Below are positions 21,576-31,093 of a stretch of DNA of 64,000 bases, in pieces (position 1 is the stretch's first letter; every line of letters begins with the position of its first letter). Both the position numbers and the translations under genes were made by a program. This DNA is from an uncultured delta proteobacterium (GTDB lineage: Bacteria; Myxococcota_A; Polyangia; Fen-1088): positions 160,001-224,000 of the forward strand of contig CAVTRY010000022.1 of the NCBI GenBank assembly GCA_963737265.1. The letters run 5' to 3'. Under the pieces are notes generated by a model. That model was not told where the DNA came from. It made no database searches and worked only from the letters and a program-made list of their open reading frames with translations.

Positions 21576-24125
21576 ATGTCTGACCAGCTTCCGCTCACGA
21601 GGCCGCTCGCGCCCCCAGCCGAGCGCTTGGATGGCGACAAGATTCTTGAGCGATTTCTCGACTACGTGGCCGGACAAGGACTTTCGCTCTATCCGGCACA
21701 GGAGGAGGCGTTGTTCCAGATTCTGGCTGGCAAGCACGTGGTGTTGGCCACGCCGACCGGCTCGGGCAAGTCGCTGGTGGCTGCGGCCTTTCTGTTCAAA
21801 GCCCTGTGCGAAGGCAAGACCGGCTTTTACAGCTGTCCGGTCAAGGCCCTGGTCAACGAGAAATTCTTCGATCTGTGCAACTGCTTTGGCCCCGAGCACG
21901 TCGGGCTCGTCACCGGCGATGCCTCGGTCAACAGCGACGCCCCGATTCTCGTCGGTACGGCCGAGATCCTGTCCAATATGGCTTTGCGCCGCTCGCGCGT
22001 GCCCGCCGATTTCGTCGTCATGGACGAATTCCACTACTACGGCGACCGCGAGCGCGGCATCGCCTGGCAAATTCCCCTGTGTGTTCTCAAGCAAGCCACC
22101 TTCTTGCTCATGTCCGCGACTTTGGGCGACACGGCGCCCATCGAGCGGCGTCTGGCCGAATTCACCGGTCGCGAAGTCGCCAGCGTGCGCGGCGCTATCC
22201 GGCCCGTGCCGTTAGAATTCGAGTATCGCGAAATCCCGTTGCACGAAACCATCGCCGAGCTCATCAACCTGAATCGCGCGCCCGTCTACCTGGTGAACTT
22301 CACGCAGCGGACGGCGGCCGAAGAAGTGCAGAACCTGATGTCGGTCGAGGTCATCGGCAAGCCCGACAAGGGGGCCATCAAGGTAGCGTTGACGGGCGAA
22401 CGTTTCGACAGCCCCTACGGCAAGGAATTGCAGCGCTTTTTGCGCCATGGGATCGGCCTGCACCACGCTGGCCTGCTGCCGCGCTACCGCCGCATCGTCG
22501 AGCGGCTGAGCCAGCAAGGGCTGCTCAAGGTCATCAGCGGCACCGACACGCTCGGCGTCGGCGTGAATATCCCCATTCGCACCGTGCTCTTCACCCAGCT
22601 CTGCAAATACGACGGTCAGAAGGACGGCATCCTCGGCGTGCGCGAATTCAAGCAGATCGCGGGGCGCGCTGGCCGCAAGGGCTTCGACGATCGCGGTTGG
22701 GTGGTGGCGCAGGCGCCGGCCCACGCCATCGAGAATTTACGCCTCAAGGCCAAGGCGGCGGGCGGCAAGAAGGTGCACATGCAGAAGCCGCCGCAGAAAG
22801 GCTATGTGCATTTCGACCGCGGCACCTTCGATCGCCTGGTGAACGGCATACCCGAAGCCCTGGAATCGCGTTTCTCGGTCAGCCACGGGCTCTTGCTCAG
22901 CCTTCTGCAGGGTGAAAGCGGCGATGCCAATCGCGGCGGCGGCTATCGCAAACTGCTCGATCTCATCGCCGCCTGCCACGACAGCGACGTGCTCAAGCGC
23001 CGCCACCGGCGAACCGCGGCGGCTTGCTTCCGGGTCCTGCGCAAGGCCGGTCTGGTCGATGTGGTGGATGAGAGCGCGCGAGCTCCGCATCCGGTGCCAA
23101 GCCCGGCGCTGCAAGATGATTTTTCGCTCCATCACACCCTTTCGCTCTACCTCGTCGATACGCTGGAGTTACTCGATCCCGCATCCGAGAGTTATGCGCT
23201 CGACGTGCTTTCCCTGGTCGAGGCCATTCTGGAGAATCCGCGTCCCGTGCTTTTCGCCCAGCTCGACAAGCTGAAGGGCGAAACCATCGAAGCCCTAAAA
23301 GCGCAGGGCATGGAATACGAGCAGCGCATGGAAGAGCTGGAAAAGCTGGAATGGCCCAAGCCCAACCGCAATTTCATCTACGACACCTTCAACGCCTTCG
23401 CCGCGCGCCATCCTTGGGTGGGCGAGGAGAACATCGCGCCCAAGTCGGTGGCGCGCGAAATCCTCGAACGCTTTTGCAGCTTCCACGACTACGTTCGCGA
23501 CATGGGTTTGCAGCGTTTCGAGGGCGTGCTGCTGCGTTACCTGTCCGAGGCGTACCGAGCCCTCAACCAGTCGGTGCCCGAGCGCTTTCGCAGCGAGGCG
23601 GTCGAGGATTTGGCTGCGGCGCTGGGCGGCGTGGTGCGCACGGTAGACTCGAGCTTGCTTGAGGAATGGGAAGAAATGCGCGCGCCCACAGCGGTCGGCG
23701 CAGATCCGGCAGCGGCTTTCGCCAAGAAGCCGCGCAGCCCGGACGCGGATCCGCGTGCCTTCACCGCCCGCATCCGCGCCGAGCTGCATCGCTTGCTCGG
23801 CGCTCTAGCCCGCCGCGATTTCGAGCAAGCGCAGGCGGCGTTGCGCGACGGCGAAAGCGCGGCCTGGACCGCCGACCGGCTGGCGGCAGAGCTTGCGCCC
23901 TACTTCGACGAATACAAGGAAATCGTCGTGACGCCACTGGCGCGCAGCCCGCGCAATACCACGCTGACGCTGGTTGCTCCGCACGTCTGGGAGGCGCAAC
24001 AGAAGATCGTCGATCCCGCGGGCGACGAAGACTTCGCCATCCACGTCCGCATCGACGTCACGCTACCGCTGGCGCCAGGTCAGGAAAACGCGCCTCTTAT
24101 CGAGCTGGTGCGCGTCGGGCGATAA
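21576..24125 (+). CDS. Ski2-like DEAD/DEAH helicase with DUF3516 C-terminus
   Basis: PTGSGKS, DEFH, MSAT, HHAGLLP, TDTLGVG, QIAGRAGRKG. Confidence 0.92.
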   Translation: MSDQLPLTRPLAPPAERLDGDKILERFLDYVAGQGLSLYPAQEEALFQILAGKHVVLATPTGSGKSLVAAAFLFKALCEGKTGFYSCPVKALVNEKFFDLCNCFGPEHVGLVTGDASVNSDAPILVGTAEILSNMALRRSRVPADFVVMDEFHYYGDRERGIAWQIPLCVLKQATFLLMSATLGDTAPIERRLAEFTGREVASVRGAIRPVPLEFEYREIPLHETIAELINLNRAPVYLVNFTQRTAAEEVQNLMSVEVIGKPDKGAIKVALTGERFDSPYGKELQRFLRHGIGLHHAGLLPRYRRIVERLSQQGLLKVISGTDTLGVGVNIPIRTVLFTQLCKYDGQKDGILGVREFKQIAGRAGRKGFDDRGWVVAQAPAHAIENLRLKAKAAGGKKVHMQKPPQKGYVHFDRGTFDRLVNGIPEALESRFSVSHGLLLSLLQGESGDANRGGGYRKLLDLIAACHDSDVLKRRHRRTAAACFRVLRKAGLVDVVDESARAPHPVPSPALQDDFSLHHTLSLYLVDTLELLDPASESYALDVLSLVEAILENPRPVLFAQLDKLKGETIEALKAQGMEYEQRMEELEKLEWPKPNRNFIYDTFNAFAARHPWVGEENIAPKSVAREILERFCSFHDYVRDMGLQRFEGVLLRYLSEAYRALNQSVPERFRSEAVEDLAAALGGVVRTVDSSLLEEWEEMRAPTAVGADPAAAFAKKPRSPDADPRAFTARIRAELHRLLGALARRDFEQAQAALRDGESAAWTADRLAAELAPYFDEYKEIVVTPLARSPRNTTLTLVAPHVWEAQQKIVDPAGDEDFAIHVRIDVTLPLAPGQENAPLIELVRVGR

Positions 24126-24137
24126 GTAGCTGGGTGT

Positions 24138-24506
24138 TCAGTCCACGTCGAAATAGAGCGAATCGCGTCTTCCGAGGAACGCCTTGATGGCTTCTTTTGC
24201 CTGGGGCGCGAGCTGGAGAAACATCAAGCCCATGCCGACCTCGGCACCGCCGCCCTTGGCCGCTGTCTCGCGCACCCAGCGCACCTCGGTGATGGCTTCG
24301 ATGGGTTCTTTCGAGGACGGCAGCGTCAGACGCAGACGAATGCGCTCGCCGACCTGACGCAACTGGTGCGTGGCAACGAATAACCCGCCGCCGCTCAAGT
24401 CCTGCGTGAGTCCGGTATAAAAGTTGTGTTCGCTTTCGAACGTGACTTCGACGGCCACCTCGTAGCGAGGTTCGAGCCTGCGATCGGATGGAACGGGAAC
24501 GGGCAT
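24138..24506 (-). CDS. TIGR02266 family PilZ-domain protein
   Basis: RRxxPR, SEHNFYTG, DLSGGGLF, VRW, GMGL.F. Confidence 0.9.
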   Translation of the reverse strand: MPVPVPSDRRLEPRYEVAVEVTFESEHNFYTGLTQDLSGGGLFVATHQLRQVGERIRLRLTLPSSKEPIEAITEVRWVRETAAKGGGAEVGMGLMFLQLAPQAKEAIKAFLGRRDSLYFDVD

Positions 24507-24648
24507 GGTGCGTCCTTTCACAAATGCTAGCTCACGGCAAGGAGAGCCCCCGATGGCGAATGCCACCCGCGGCGGGCACAGGCACGCTCGCGGAAATTCT
24601 TGATCTTACGCTGCATCGCCCAAACCCATCTTTCCCGCAGCCAAGACA

Positions 24649-27456
24649 TCAATCGCCGAAAGCAATGCTGCGCACGCCGGCGCCGAGCGTAATCTCTTTC
24701 TCGTGAACCTTCCCGGTTGTGGGAACCAGCACGCCAATGGTGTGGACGCCGGGCTCGACGCGCATCTTGGAATACGGACACAAGATTCCAGTTTCGCGAC
24801 CGTCGACCACGATGGGCAGCTTGCCTGCGGTCTTGCACTCGGCGCGGAAGCGCGCCTCCCCGGTCATGGGTGGCGCCACCGGCTTGAGCGTCTCGTCGAC
24901 CTTTGCGCCGTCGTCGACGTCGACGCTCGACGCGGCCGAAAGATAGCCCGGGCGCACCAGCACGACGCGAGCAGGTCCAGCCTTGAGCTTGAGCACCACC
25001 GGCGTGGTGCCTCGCTCCTTGCCGTCGATCCACACCACAGCGCCGTCGGGTTTGCTGGCGATGGGAAGGCTCACGACGGCCCCCAAGCCAGGCTTGCCAG
25101 CGAGCTTGGCCGCCAGCGAAGGAGATGGAGCCACCGCCGGGACATCAGCTGTCGTCGTCTTGGCGGGAGCGGGCGCGGCGGCCGCGGGCGCAGACCGTGG
25201 TTTTTCCTGGCGCACGAGACTTTCCTTGGCGACGGCCACGGGCGCGGGTTGCGCGGACGCGATGGCGGCCAAGCTCGCCTTCGGCAACCGGCGCGACGGT
25301 TGTCTGAGCGCGGGTGGCGCACCCTTTTTTCCAAAAATGGCTCCCCAGCCGCCAAGCGACGTAGTCACGCCAACCACCACCCCACCAAGCCCTAGAATCA
25401 CGGCGGCGGCAACGGCAATCCTTCTGGCCCGGGGCGGAGCAACGACCGACAACTCGTCGTCGGCCGCGCCCACGGCAAACGTCGCCTGCGTCCTCACCGC
25501 GGTCCGTGGGACAGGTCGTCGCACCTCGCCGGCGCCGGGGACCGACATTGCTTGCGCCGGGCGCGGCGGGACCTGTTGCTCCGCGGGCGGCGAAAGATTC
25601 TCTTCCGCAAACGCGCTGGCCAGCGCGGATTGCGTGGCATCTTCAGGCTGGGGCCCGACTCGATCGACTTGCTCCACCACGCCCACCACGTCTTGCGCGG
25701 GCGGCGAAGAGGTGCCATCGTCATCCGCGTCCGTCAGGTCGAACGCGCTGGCAGAGACCAGCGTGGGTTCCGGTTGCTCGTCAACCAACTCGTCCTCGAG
25801 CAGGCGGCTAGCGGCAGGCGCGACCGGCGGCGACTCGGTTGCCGGGGCTGGCGACGTAAAGGCGAAAGCTTCTTCGATGGTGGGGTCGCTGACCGGGGGC
25901 GGCGCCGCGACCGTCGGTCCCGCCAGGAATTCACCGCTGGGTCGCGCCGTCGGGGCCGCGAGCGGGGAAACCTGCACGCCCGCCTCACCCCCAAGCGCAG
26001 CCAGCGCCCGTACGCCCCAGTCCTCGAGCTCGGGAATGGGTGCCGCGTCCCCGCTGCCCGCGGCTCTCGCCGAGTCCGTCGATTTCGTCGAGGGGGCGCG
26101 CAATTCGTCCCGTGCGGCAGGCGCGGGAGGCGCCACCACGGGGAATGCCATGATGGTCGGGCTGTGCCGCACGGGCGAGTCGGACCAATCGGTCGGTGGA
26201 TCCGACGCGAGCGTGGGCGGTGCTTCGGCGAACGGCGGGATGGAGGCGTCGGTGGGCCGGGCTTGGAAAAGCAAGCTGGCGAAGCTTCCGCTCTGCCGCA
26301 CGACCGTGGGCGCGTCGGTAGCGGCGAAAAAACTTTCCGAGGCGGAAGGCGACGGCGGCGCGGCCCGAGGAAGAGCCAGCTCGTGCGACCGATCGTCGTC
26401 CTGCGGCTCGGGTGGGGCGTGCTCGGCCGGCGGCGCTTGGACATCCATCGACTGGACATCGCTGCGTGTTTCCACGGGCAACGGCGAGTCCGTCTTGGGC
26501 AACGTCGAATCAGCGACGAAGGCCGAGAAGTTTCGCACCAGGGCCGTCATCTCGGCCACCATCGAAGCGTCGGGAATGTCGGCCCAGTGATCGGCGAGGA
26601 TCTTGGCGGCCTCGGTCGCGCTCGGACGCAGCGCCGGATCGTCCGCGAGCAGGCCCGCGATGAAGTCGGCCATGGACGGCCAAAGCGAGTCCAAGATTTT
26701 TCTCACCGCCGGGCTTGCAGCTGCCGGAGGTGGTAGCTCACCGGTCGCCAGCTCGAACAAGATCGCGCCTAGCGATCGCACGTCGCTTGATGGGCTTGGC
26801 TCCGCAGCCGTGAGCTCGGGTGCCGTGTAGCCCGCCGCGCGCCGTGGAGTGCTGTCACCCGCCTTCTCGGCTTCCTTCTCGGCCGTCGAGCGCAGACCGA
26901 CGTCCAGCACTTTGATGCCCCCGCGCGCCGAGGCGAAAAGGTTGCGAGGTGTGAGACCGCCATGCACGAGCGCGGGCGAAAGCGCGTGCATGGCAGACAG
27001 TCCGCCCGCGACCTCGGCGCCAATGTACGCCACGATCTTCTGCCACTTCTCGGCCGCCTCGTCGCTGCCGGTGGCAAGGACACCCGCCACTTGAGCACAT
27101 TCGCGAAAGCGTTCGAGGTCGAGCCCGTGGACGAACTCGGTCACGGCGATGGCAACGCCGTCGATGACGTCGGCATCAAGAACGCGCGCCACGCGCGGAT
27201 CGCTGATGCTGGCCGTGCGCCGCGCGGTCTTGATGAAGGGATCGTTGAGGTTGATGGGGTCGCCACGACGGCGGCGCATGCACTTCACGGCGAAGATGCG
27301 GTCGAACCCGGCCAGCCCGCGTACGCGCGCGCGGTAGGTTTCGAGACCGCCTTGCGAACCCAGGCACTCCTCGAGCTCGTACCGGCCAAGCTTCTTCGGC
27401 CTGGCTTGATCGCGAACGACGGAGAGTCTCGATGCGTTTGGCATCAGTGGTAACAT
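24649..27456 (-). CDS. Ser/Thr kinase-like (probable pseudokinase) membrane protein with PEGA domains
   Basis: Kinase fold with HGGLTPRN and DVG in place of HRD and DFG; long acidic/Pro linker, TM helix, PEGA. Confidence 0.85.
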   Translation of the reverse strand: MLPLMPNASRLSVVRDQARPKKLGRYELEECLGSQGGLETYRARVRGLAGFDRIFAVKCMRRRRGDPINLNDPFIKTARRTASISDPRVARVLDADVIDGVAIAVTEFVHGLDLERFRECAQVAGVLATGSDEAAEKWQKIVAYIGAEVAGGLSAMHALSPALVHGGLTPRNLFASARGGIKVLDVGLRSTAEKEAEKAGDSTPRRAAGYTAPELTAAEPSPSSDVRSLGAILFELATGELPPPAAASPAVRKILDSLWPSMADFIAGLLADDPALRPSATEAAKILADHWADIPDASMVAEMTALVRNFSAFVADSTLPKTDSPLPVETRSDVQSMDVQAPPAEHAPPEPQDDDRSHELALPRAAPPSPSASESFFAATDAPTVVRQSGSFASLLFQARPTDASIPPFAEAPPTLASDPPTDWSDSPVRHSPTIMAFPVVAPPAPAARDELRAPSTKSTDSARAAGSGDAAPIPELEDWGVRALAALGGEAGVQVSPLAAPTARPSGEFLAGPTVAAPPPVSDPTIEEAFAFTSPAPATESPPVAPAASRLLEDELVDEQPEPTLVSASAFDLTDADDDGTSSPPAQDVVGVVEQVDRVGPQPEDATQSALASAFAEENLSPPAEQQVPPRPAQAMSVPGAGEVRRPVPRTAVRTQATFAVGAADDELSVVAPPRARRIAVAAAVILGLGGVVVGVTTSLGGWGAIFGKKGAPPALRQPSRRLPKASLAAIASAQPAPVAVAKESLVRQEKPRSAPAAAAPAPAKTTTADVPAVAPSPSLAAKLAGKPGLGAVVSLPIASKPDGAVVWIDGKERGTTPVVLKLKAGPARVVLVRPGYLSAASSVDVDDGAKVDETLKPVAPPMTGEARFRAECKTAGKLPIVVDGRETGILCPYSKMRVEPGVHTIGVLVPTTGKVHEKEITLGAGVRSIAFGD

Positions 27457-27645
27457 CGGCGGTTCTCTCCGTCTTCTGGACTCGGAATCATTGCGCGCGA
27501 TCGTCTTCCTTCACGCGAGGCGCGCAGCACGAAAAGTGCGTCGTGTCTTGGGTGAGCTGCATGCCGGCGGACAATCGTATCGCGCCGGCGGGCGCTTGTG
27601 AACCGAGGAAGACGACGCAGACGACGCAATTTTCTCGATGGAATC

Positions 27646-28377
27646 TCAGGGCGCCAGCAGCGGTTTCTTGGGACGCGTGATGTCCGGGGGACGGCCGTAG
27701 CGCGGCACCGCGGTTTCGATGTCGTCGAAGTCGCCGCGCTGGATGCGCGCCCGCGCCAGCTGACCGACCGCGGTTGCGCTGGGACCAGGCAGCGATGCAA
27801 GAACGGTGGTTGCGGCGAAGGTGGAACGGAAGACCGCGAGGTAGCGATCTACGCCTGTCCCGCCCATGACCATGGACTGCCTGACGGAGGCTTCGCTTGC
27901 AAGTCGGCACAGCCGAGCGGGGTCGAGAACCCAGTCAGCCTCGCCTTGCGCACTCGGTTGTGCGCCGGCATCCGCTCGGTAGACACGCGCGTAGATCTGT
28001 CCCTTGCCGGCGTCGATGCAGGGAAGCAGCAGGCTCGCGTCTCCCGACTTCGCTGCCAGATCGCACGCCAGCGCTTCGAGCGACGACACCAGCACCATGG
28101 GCAACCCCGTCGGCAGCGCCAGGCCCTTGGCGACCGCGAGACCGACGCGCAAGCCGGTGAAGCTGCCGGGACCGGCGCCGCACGCAATCGCGCCGAGACC
28201 GCCGACGGCGACGCCAACCCCGCGCAGGATCTCGTCGCACAGGCCAAGCAGGTTCGCGGAGTGGCGCGCGGCGGTTTTCTCGCGCGCGAGCAGGCATTCA
28301 CCCGCGGCCGACAGCAGCGCCACGCGCGCGGTGGGCGTGGAGGTGTCGAGAGCCAGCAGCGGAGAGGAGGAAGTCAT
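27646..28377 (-). CDS. tsaB: tRNA threonylcarbamoyladenosine biosynthesis protein TsaB
   Basis: LLALDTS, HS..L, GPGSFTGLRVG, SSLEALA, IDA. Confidence 0.95.
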   Translation of the reverse strand: MTSSSPLLALDTSTPTARVALLSAAGECLLAREKTAARHSANLLGLCDEILRGVGVAVGGLGAIACGAGPGSFTGLRVGLAVAKGLALPTGLPMVLVSSLEALACDLAAKSGDASLLLPCIDAGKGQIYARVYRADAGAQPSAQGEADWVLDPARLCRLASEASVRQSMVMGGTGVDRYLAVFRSTFAATTVLASLPGPSATAVGQLARARIQRGDFDDIETAVPRYGRPPDITRPKKPLLAP

Positions 28378-30035
28378 CGCGGCAAGAAGAAGCGAACCAC
28401 GTCATTTTTTAGGGCAAAGGCCACCAGCAGGACGACCACGACGACGCCGATGTAGGTCGTAATCGCGCGTGCCCGCGCCGATGGCGGTCGGTGTTTGAAC
28501 AGCTCGATGGTGAAGAACATCAGCAAGCCACCGTCGAGAATGGGAATAGGCAGGAAGTTGAGCAGGCCAATGTTGATGCTGAGCAAGGCCATGAGCCAAA
28601 GGTACTGCGCCAGGCCTTGCTCGGCCGCGATGCCGGCCGCGTAGCCGATGGTCAGCGGACCGCCGAGCGACTGCGGCGACATCTCGCCGCGGATGATTTG
28701 GAAGAAGCCCTGGGCCGTGAACCTGACGATTTCCCCCGTGCGCGTGAGCGCGTGCCCGAGGGCATAGAAGAAGCGATTTCTGATCGGCACCGGATCCGCG
28801 GTCTTCCAGGCAAAGCGATTGCTGGCGCCGAACACCAGCCGCTGCTCTTCCTGGCGGTAGGCATCGAGCTCGGAACGCAGCTCTTGCTTGAACGTGGCTT
28901 CGTGGCGAACCCCGCCCGGCGCGGCCCAGGTCAGGCGAAAGGTCCGTTCGGGCTCGGCGCCCAAGCGCTGGCGCAGAAGATTCCAGTGCAGGATGGGCTG
29001 GCCGTCGAGCTCCAGCAGTTGGTCGCCACGGCGCAGTCCGATGCGATCCGCGGGGCTGCCCGGCTCGACTGAGTAGACGAAGAGCTCGGAGGTCTGAATG
29101 CCGGTTTCGTAGTGCCGGCCGCCGCTCGCGTCCAGCACCGGCTGCGGGATCACCACCGCGGCGCCCGGATCCTGAATTTCCACGTGCACGAAAGGCACCG
29201 CCGAGTGCGTGCCGCGCAGATAGGTGATGCGCAGCGGGGAAGCGCCGGCGCGCGAAACCGCGCGTTCGAATTCGGCCCAGTGGGAAACCGGCGAGCCATT
29301 GACCGAGACGATGTAGTCGAAGGTTCTAAGGCCCGCCTGCGCCGCCGGCGACGTGAGATCGATGATGCCGACCTCGGGCAACTGAAAGCGCGGCGAAACG
29401 CCGATCCAACCCACGCTCTCGTTGAGATTGAGCGGCCCCTTGCGCACCGTCGTCGACAGCGTGACGTCGCGTTCCTCGGCGACGTTGCCGCGCCGGATAC
29501 CAAAGCGCATGGTCTTGCCGGGCGAGTCCGCGATGATCTCTTCCAGCTCTTCCCAGTAGCGCACGTACTTGCCGTCCACGGTTTCGACCCGGTCGCCGGG
29601 CAGAAGCCCCGCCTGCGCCGCCGGCAGCCCGGCGATCACCGTTCCGATGGTGGGCGAAAGCAGCGTCTTCTGCCCCACGTAGTGCACGAAATAGATCCCC
29701 ACCGGCAAGATCAGATTGAACAGCGGCCCGGCGACCACGATGGCGTAGCGCTGCCACAGCGGCCGCGCGCACAACGCACGCTCGCGATCGTGCTCGGGCA
29801 CGTGCTCGCTCGGATCTTCGCCGAGCAGCCGTAAATAGCCGCCGAGCGGAAAGAGCGACAGCCGGTATTCCGTGGCGCCCGCCGTAAACCCAAACAGCCG
29901 CGGCCCGAAGCCAAACGAGAAGCGCAGCACCTTCACGCCGAAGAGCTTGGCGACGAGAAAGTGCCCGAGCTCGTGCGCCAAAATCAACACGCCCAAAAGC
30001 GCGATCACCGCCGCCGCCCACAACGCAAGCGTCAT
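28374..30035 (-). CDS. rseP: RIP metalloprotease RseP with multiple PDZ domains
   Basis: HELGH, FSFGFGP, PLGGY, AGPLFN, three PDZ-like repeats, NFLPIPILDGG. Confidence 0.95.
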   Translation of the reverse strand: MTLALWAAAVIALLGVLILAHELGHFLVAKLFGVKVLRFSFGFGPRLFGFTAGATEYRLSLFPLGGYLRLLGEDPSEHVPEHDRERALCARPLWQRYAIVVAGPLFNLILPVGIYFVHYVGQKTLLSPTIGTVIAGLPAAQAGLLPGDRVETVDGKYVRYWEELEEIIADSPGKTMRFGIRRGNVAEERDVTLSTTVRKGPLNLNESVGWIGVSPRFQLPEVGIIDLTSPAAQAGLRTFDYIVSVNGSPVSHWAEFERAVSRAGASPLRITYLRGTHSAVPFVHVEIQDPGAAVVIPQPVLDASGGRHYETGIQTSELFVYSVEPGSPADRIGLRRGDQLLELDGQPILHWNLLRQRLGAEPERTFRLTWAAPGGVRHEATFKQELRSELDAYRQEEQRLVFGASNRFAWKTADPVPIRNRFFYALGHALTRTGEIVRFTAQGFFQIIRGEMSPQSLGGPLTIGYAAGIAAEQGLAQYLWLMALLSINIGLLNFLPIPILDGGLLMFFTIELFKHRPPSARARAITTYIGVVVVVLLVAFALKNDVVRFFLPR

Positions 30036-30167
30036 CCCCGGACCTCCCGTCCGAAGCCGAGCGAGCTACCCGCGGCGACTGCCATCGAGGGAGACTCTTA
30101 GCACGGTCGCGGGGATAACGGAGTAACCCAGGCGGCTATAGACCACCACCCCAGGCGGCAGTAAGCT

Positions 30168-30992
30168 TTGTTCGTGAAAAAGGCTAGCGCCGGCTTGACC
30201 TTCCAACTGTCCCGCGAGGGCATCGAGACGCGTATCGGCGAGATGGAGAAAAAGATCGAGCGCCTGCGTTCCATGTACGAGTCGTTTTTCATGGGCGTCG
30301 AACGCATCCCGCCCAATACCGCCCGGCGCGAGATGAACCGACTGATGCTGGAAATGCAGCAGGTTCCCATCGGCAATGCATCGCTGCGCTTCCGCTTTCA
30401 GTCGCTGTCGCAGAAGTGGGTCCTGCACATGACCTACTGGAACCGCACCATGCGCGAGATCGAGGCCGGCACCTTCCGTCGCGACCTGGCCAGGACGCAG
30501 CGCCACCTGGCCGAACGCGGTGGCGCGATCACCGAAGAAGAAGCCCTGGCGCTCGGCATACCCAAAAACCGGGTCAAGGCCTTCGTGGCACGACACCAGC
30601 GTCTGTCGCAAAAAACTGGGACGGCCCTTCCGGCGCCGCCAAGTCCAGCCCCCGCGTCCCCGGCGCCTGCAAAGACGACCGGCGGTCGCGCGCAGCCGCC
30701 GCCCATCCCCGCCTCAGCTCGTCGCTTGCCAAGTCCAGACGCCGTAGCCGTCACGTCTCTCCCTGGCCTCACCGACATCGACTTCGAAAGCGCCTACCGC
30801 CGTTACCTCGAAGCGCACAAGAAACTTGGAACAGAAGCCGAGGCCCTGCCGAGGGAGAAGATCCGTGCGCGCTTGGGCAAACAGCTGCCCAAGATTCTCG
30901 AAGACAAGAAATGCGACCGCGTGTGGCTGGATGTCGCGGTCGAAGGCGACAAGGTTCGCCTGCGCGCGTGGCCCGCCGATAGCAAGGACTAA
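30168..30992 (+). CDS. MXAN_5187 C-terminal domain-like protein
   Basis: YESFFMGVERIPP, RFRFQSL...YWNRTMREIEAG; C-terminal DVAVEGDKVRLRA. Start uncertain. Confidence 0.75.
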   Translation: MFVKKASAGLTFQLSREGIETRIGEMEKKIERLRSMYESFFMGVERIPPNTARREMNRLMLEMQQVPIGNASLRFRFQSLSQKWVLHMTYWNRTMREIEAGTFRRDLARTQRHLAERGGAITEEEALALGIPKNRVKAFVARHQRLSQKTGTALPAPPSPAPASPAPAKTTGGRAQPPPIPASARRLPSPDAVAVTSLPGLTDIDFESAYRRYLEAHKKLGTEAEALPREKIRARLGKQLPKILEDKKCDRVWLDVAVEGDKVRLRAWPADSKD

Positions 30993-31093
30993 CACCAAAG
31001 AGGCACCGAGGGAGCGGAAAAGGCCTGGAAGTTTCCGGACCTCAGCTCCGACTTCCGTCCTTCCCGCCTCCTTGCTGCTAGACTATACCCGCC

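Noticed and set aside
30127-30160. CCCAGGCGGC direct repeat in a divergent promoter
   Set aside because: Only two 10-bp copies in GC-rich DNA; not enough support.
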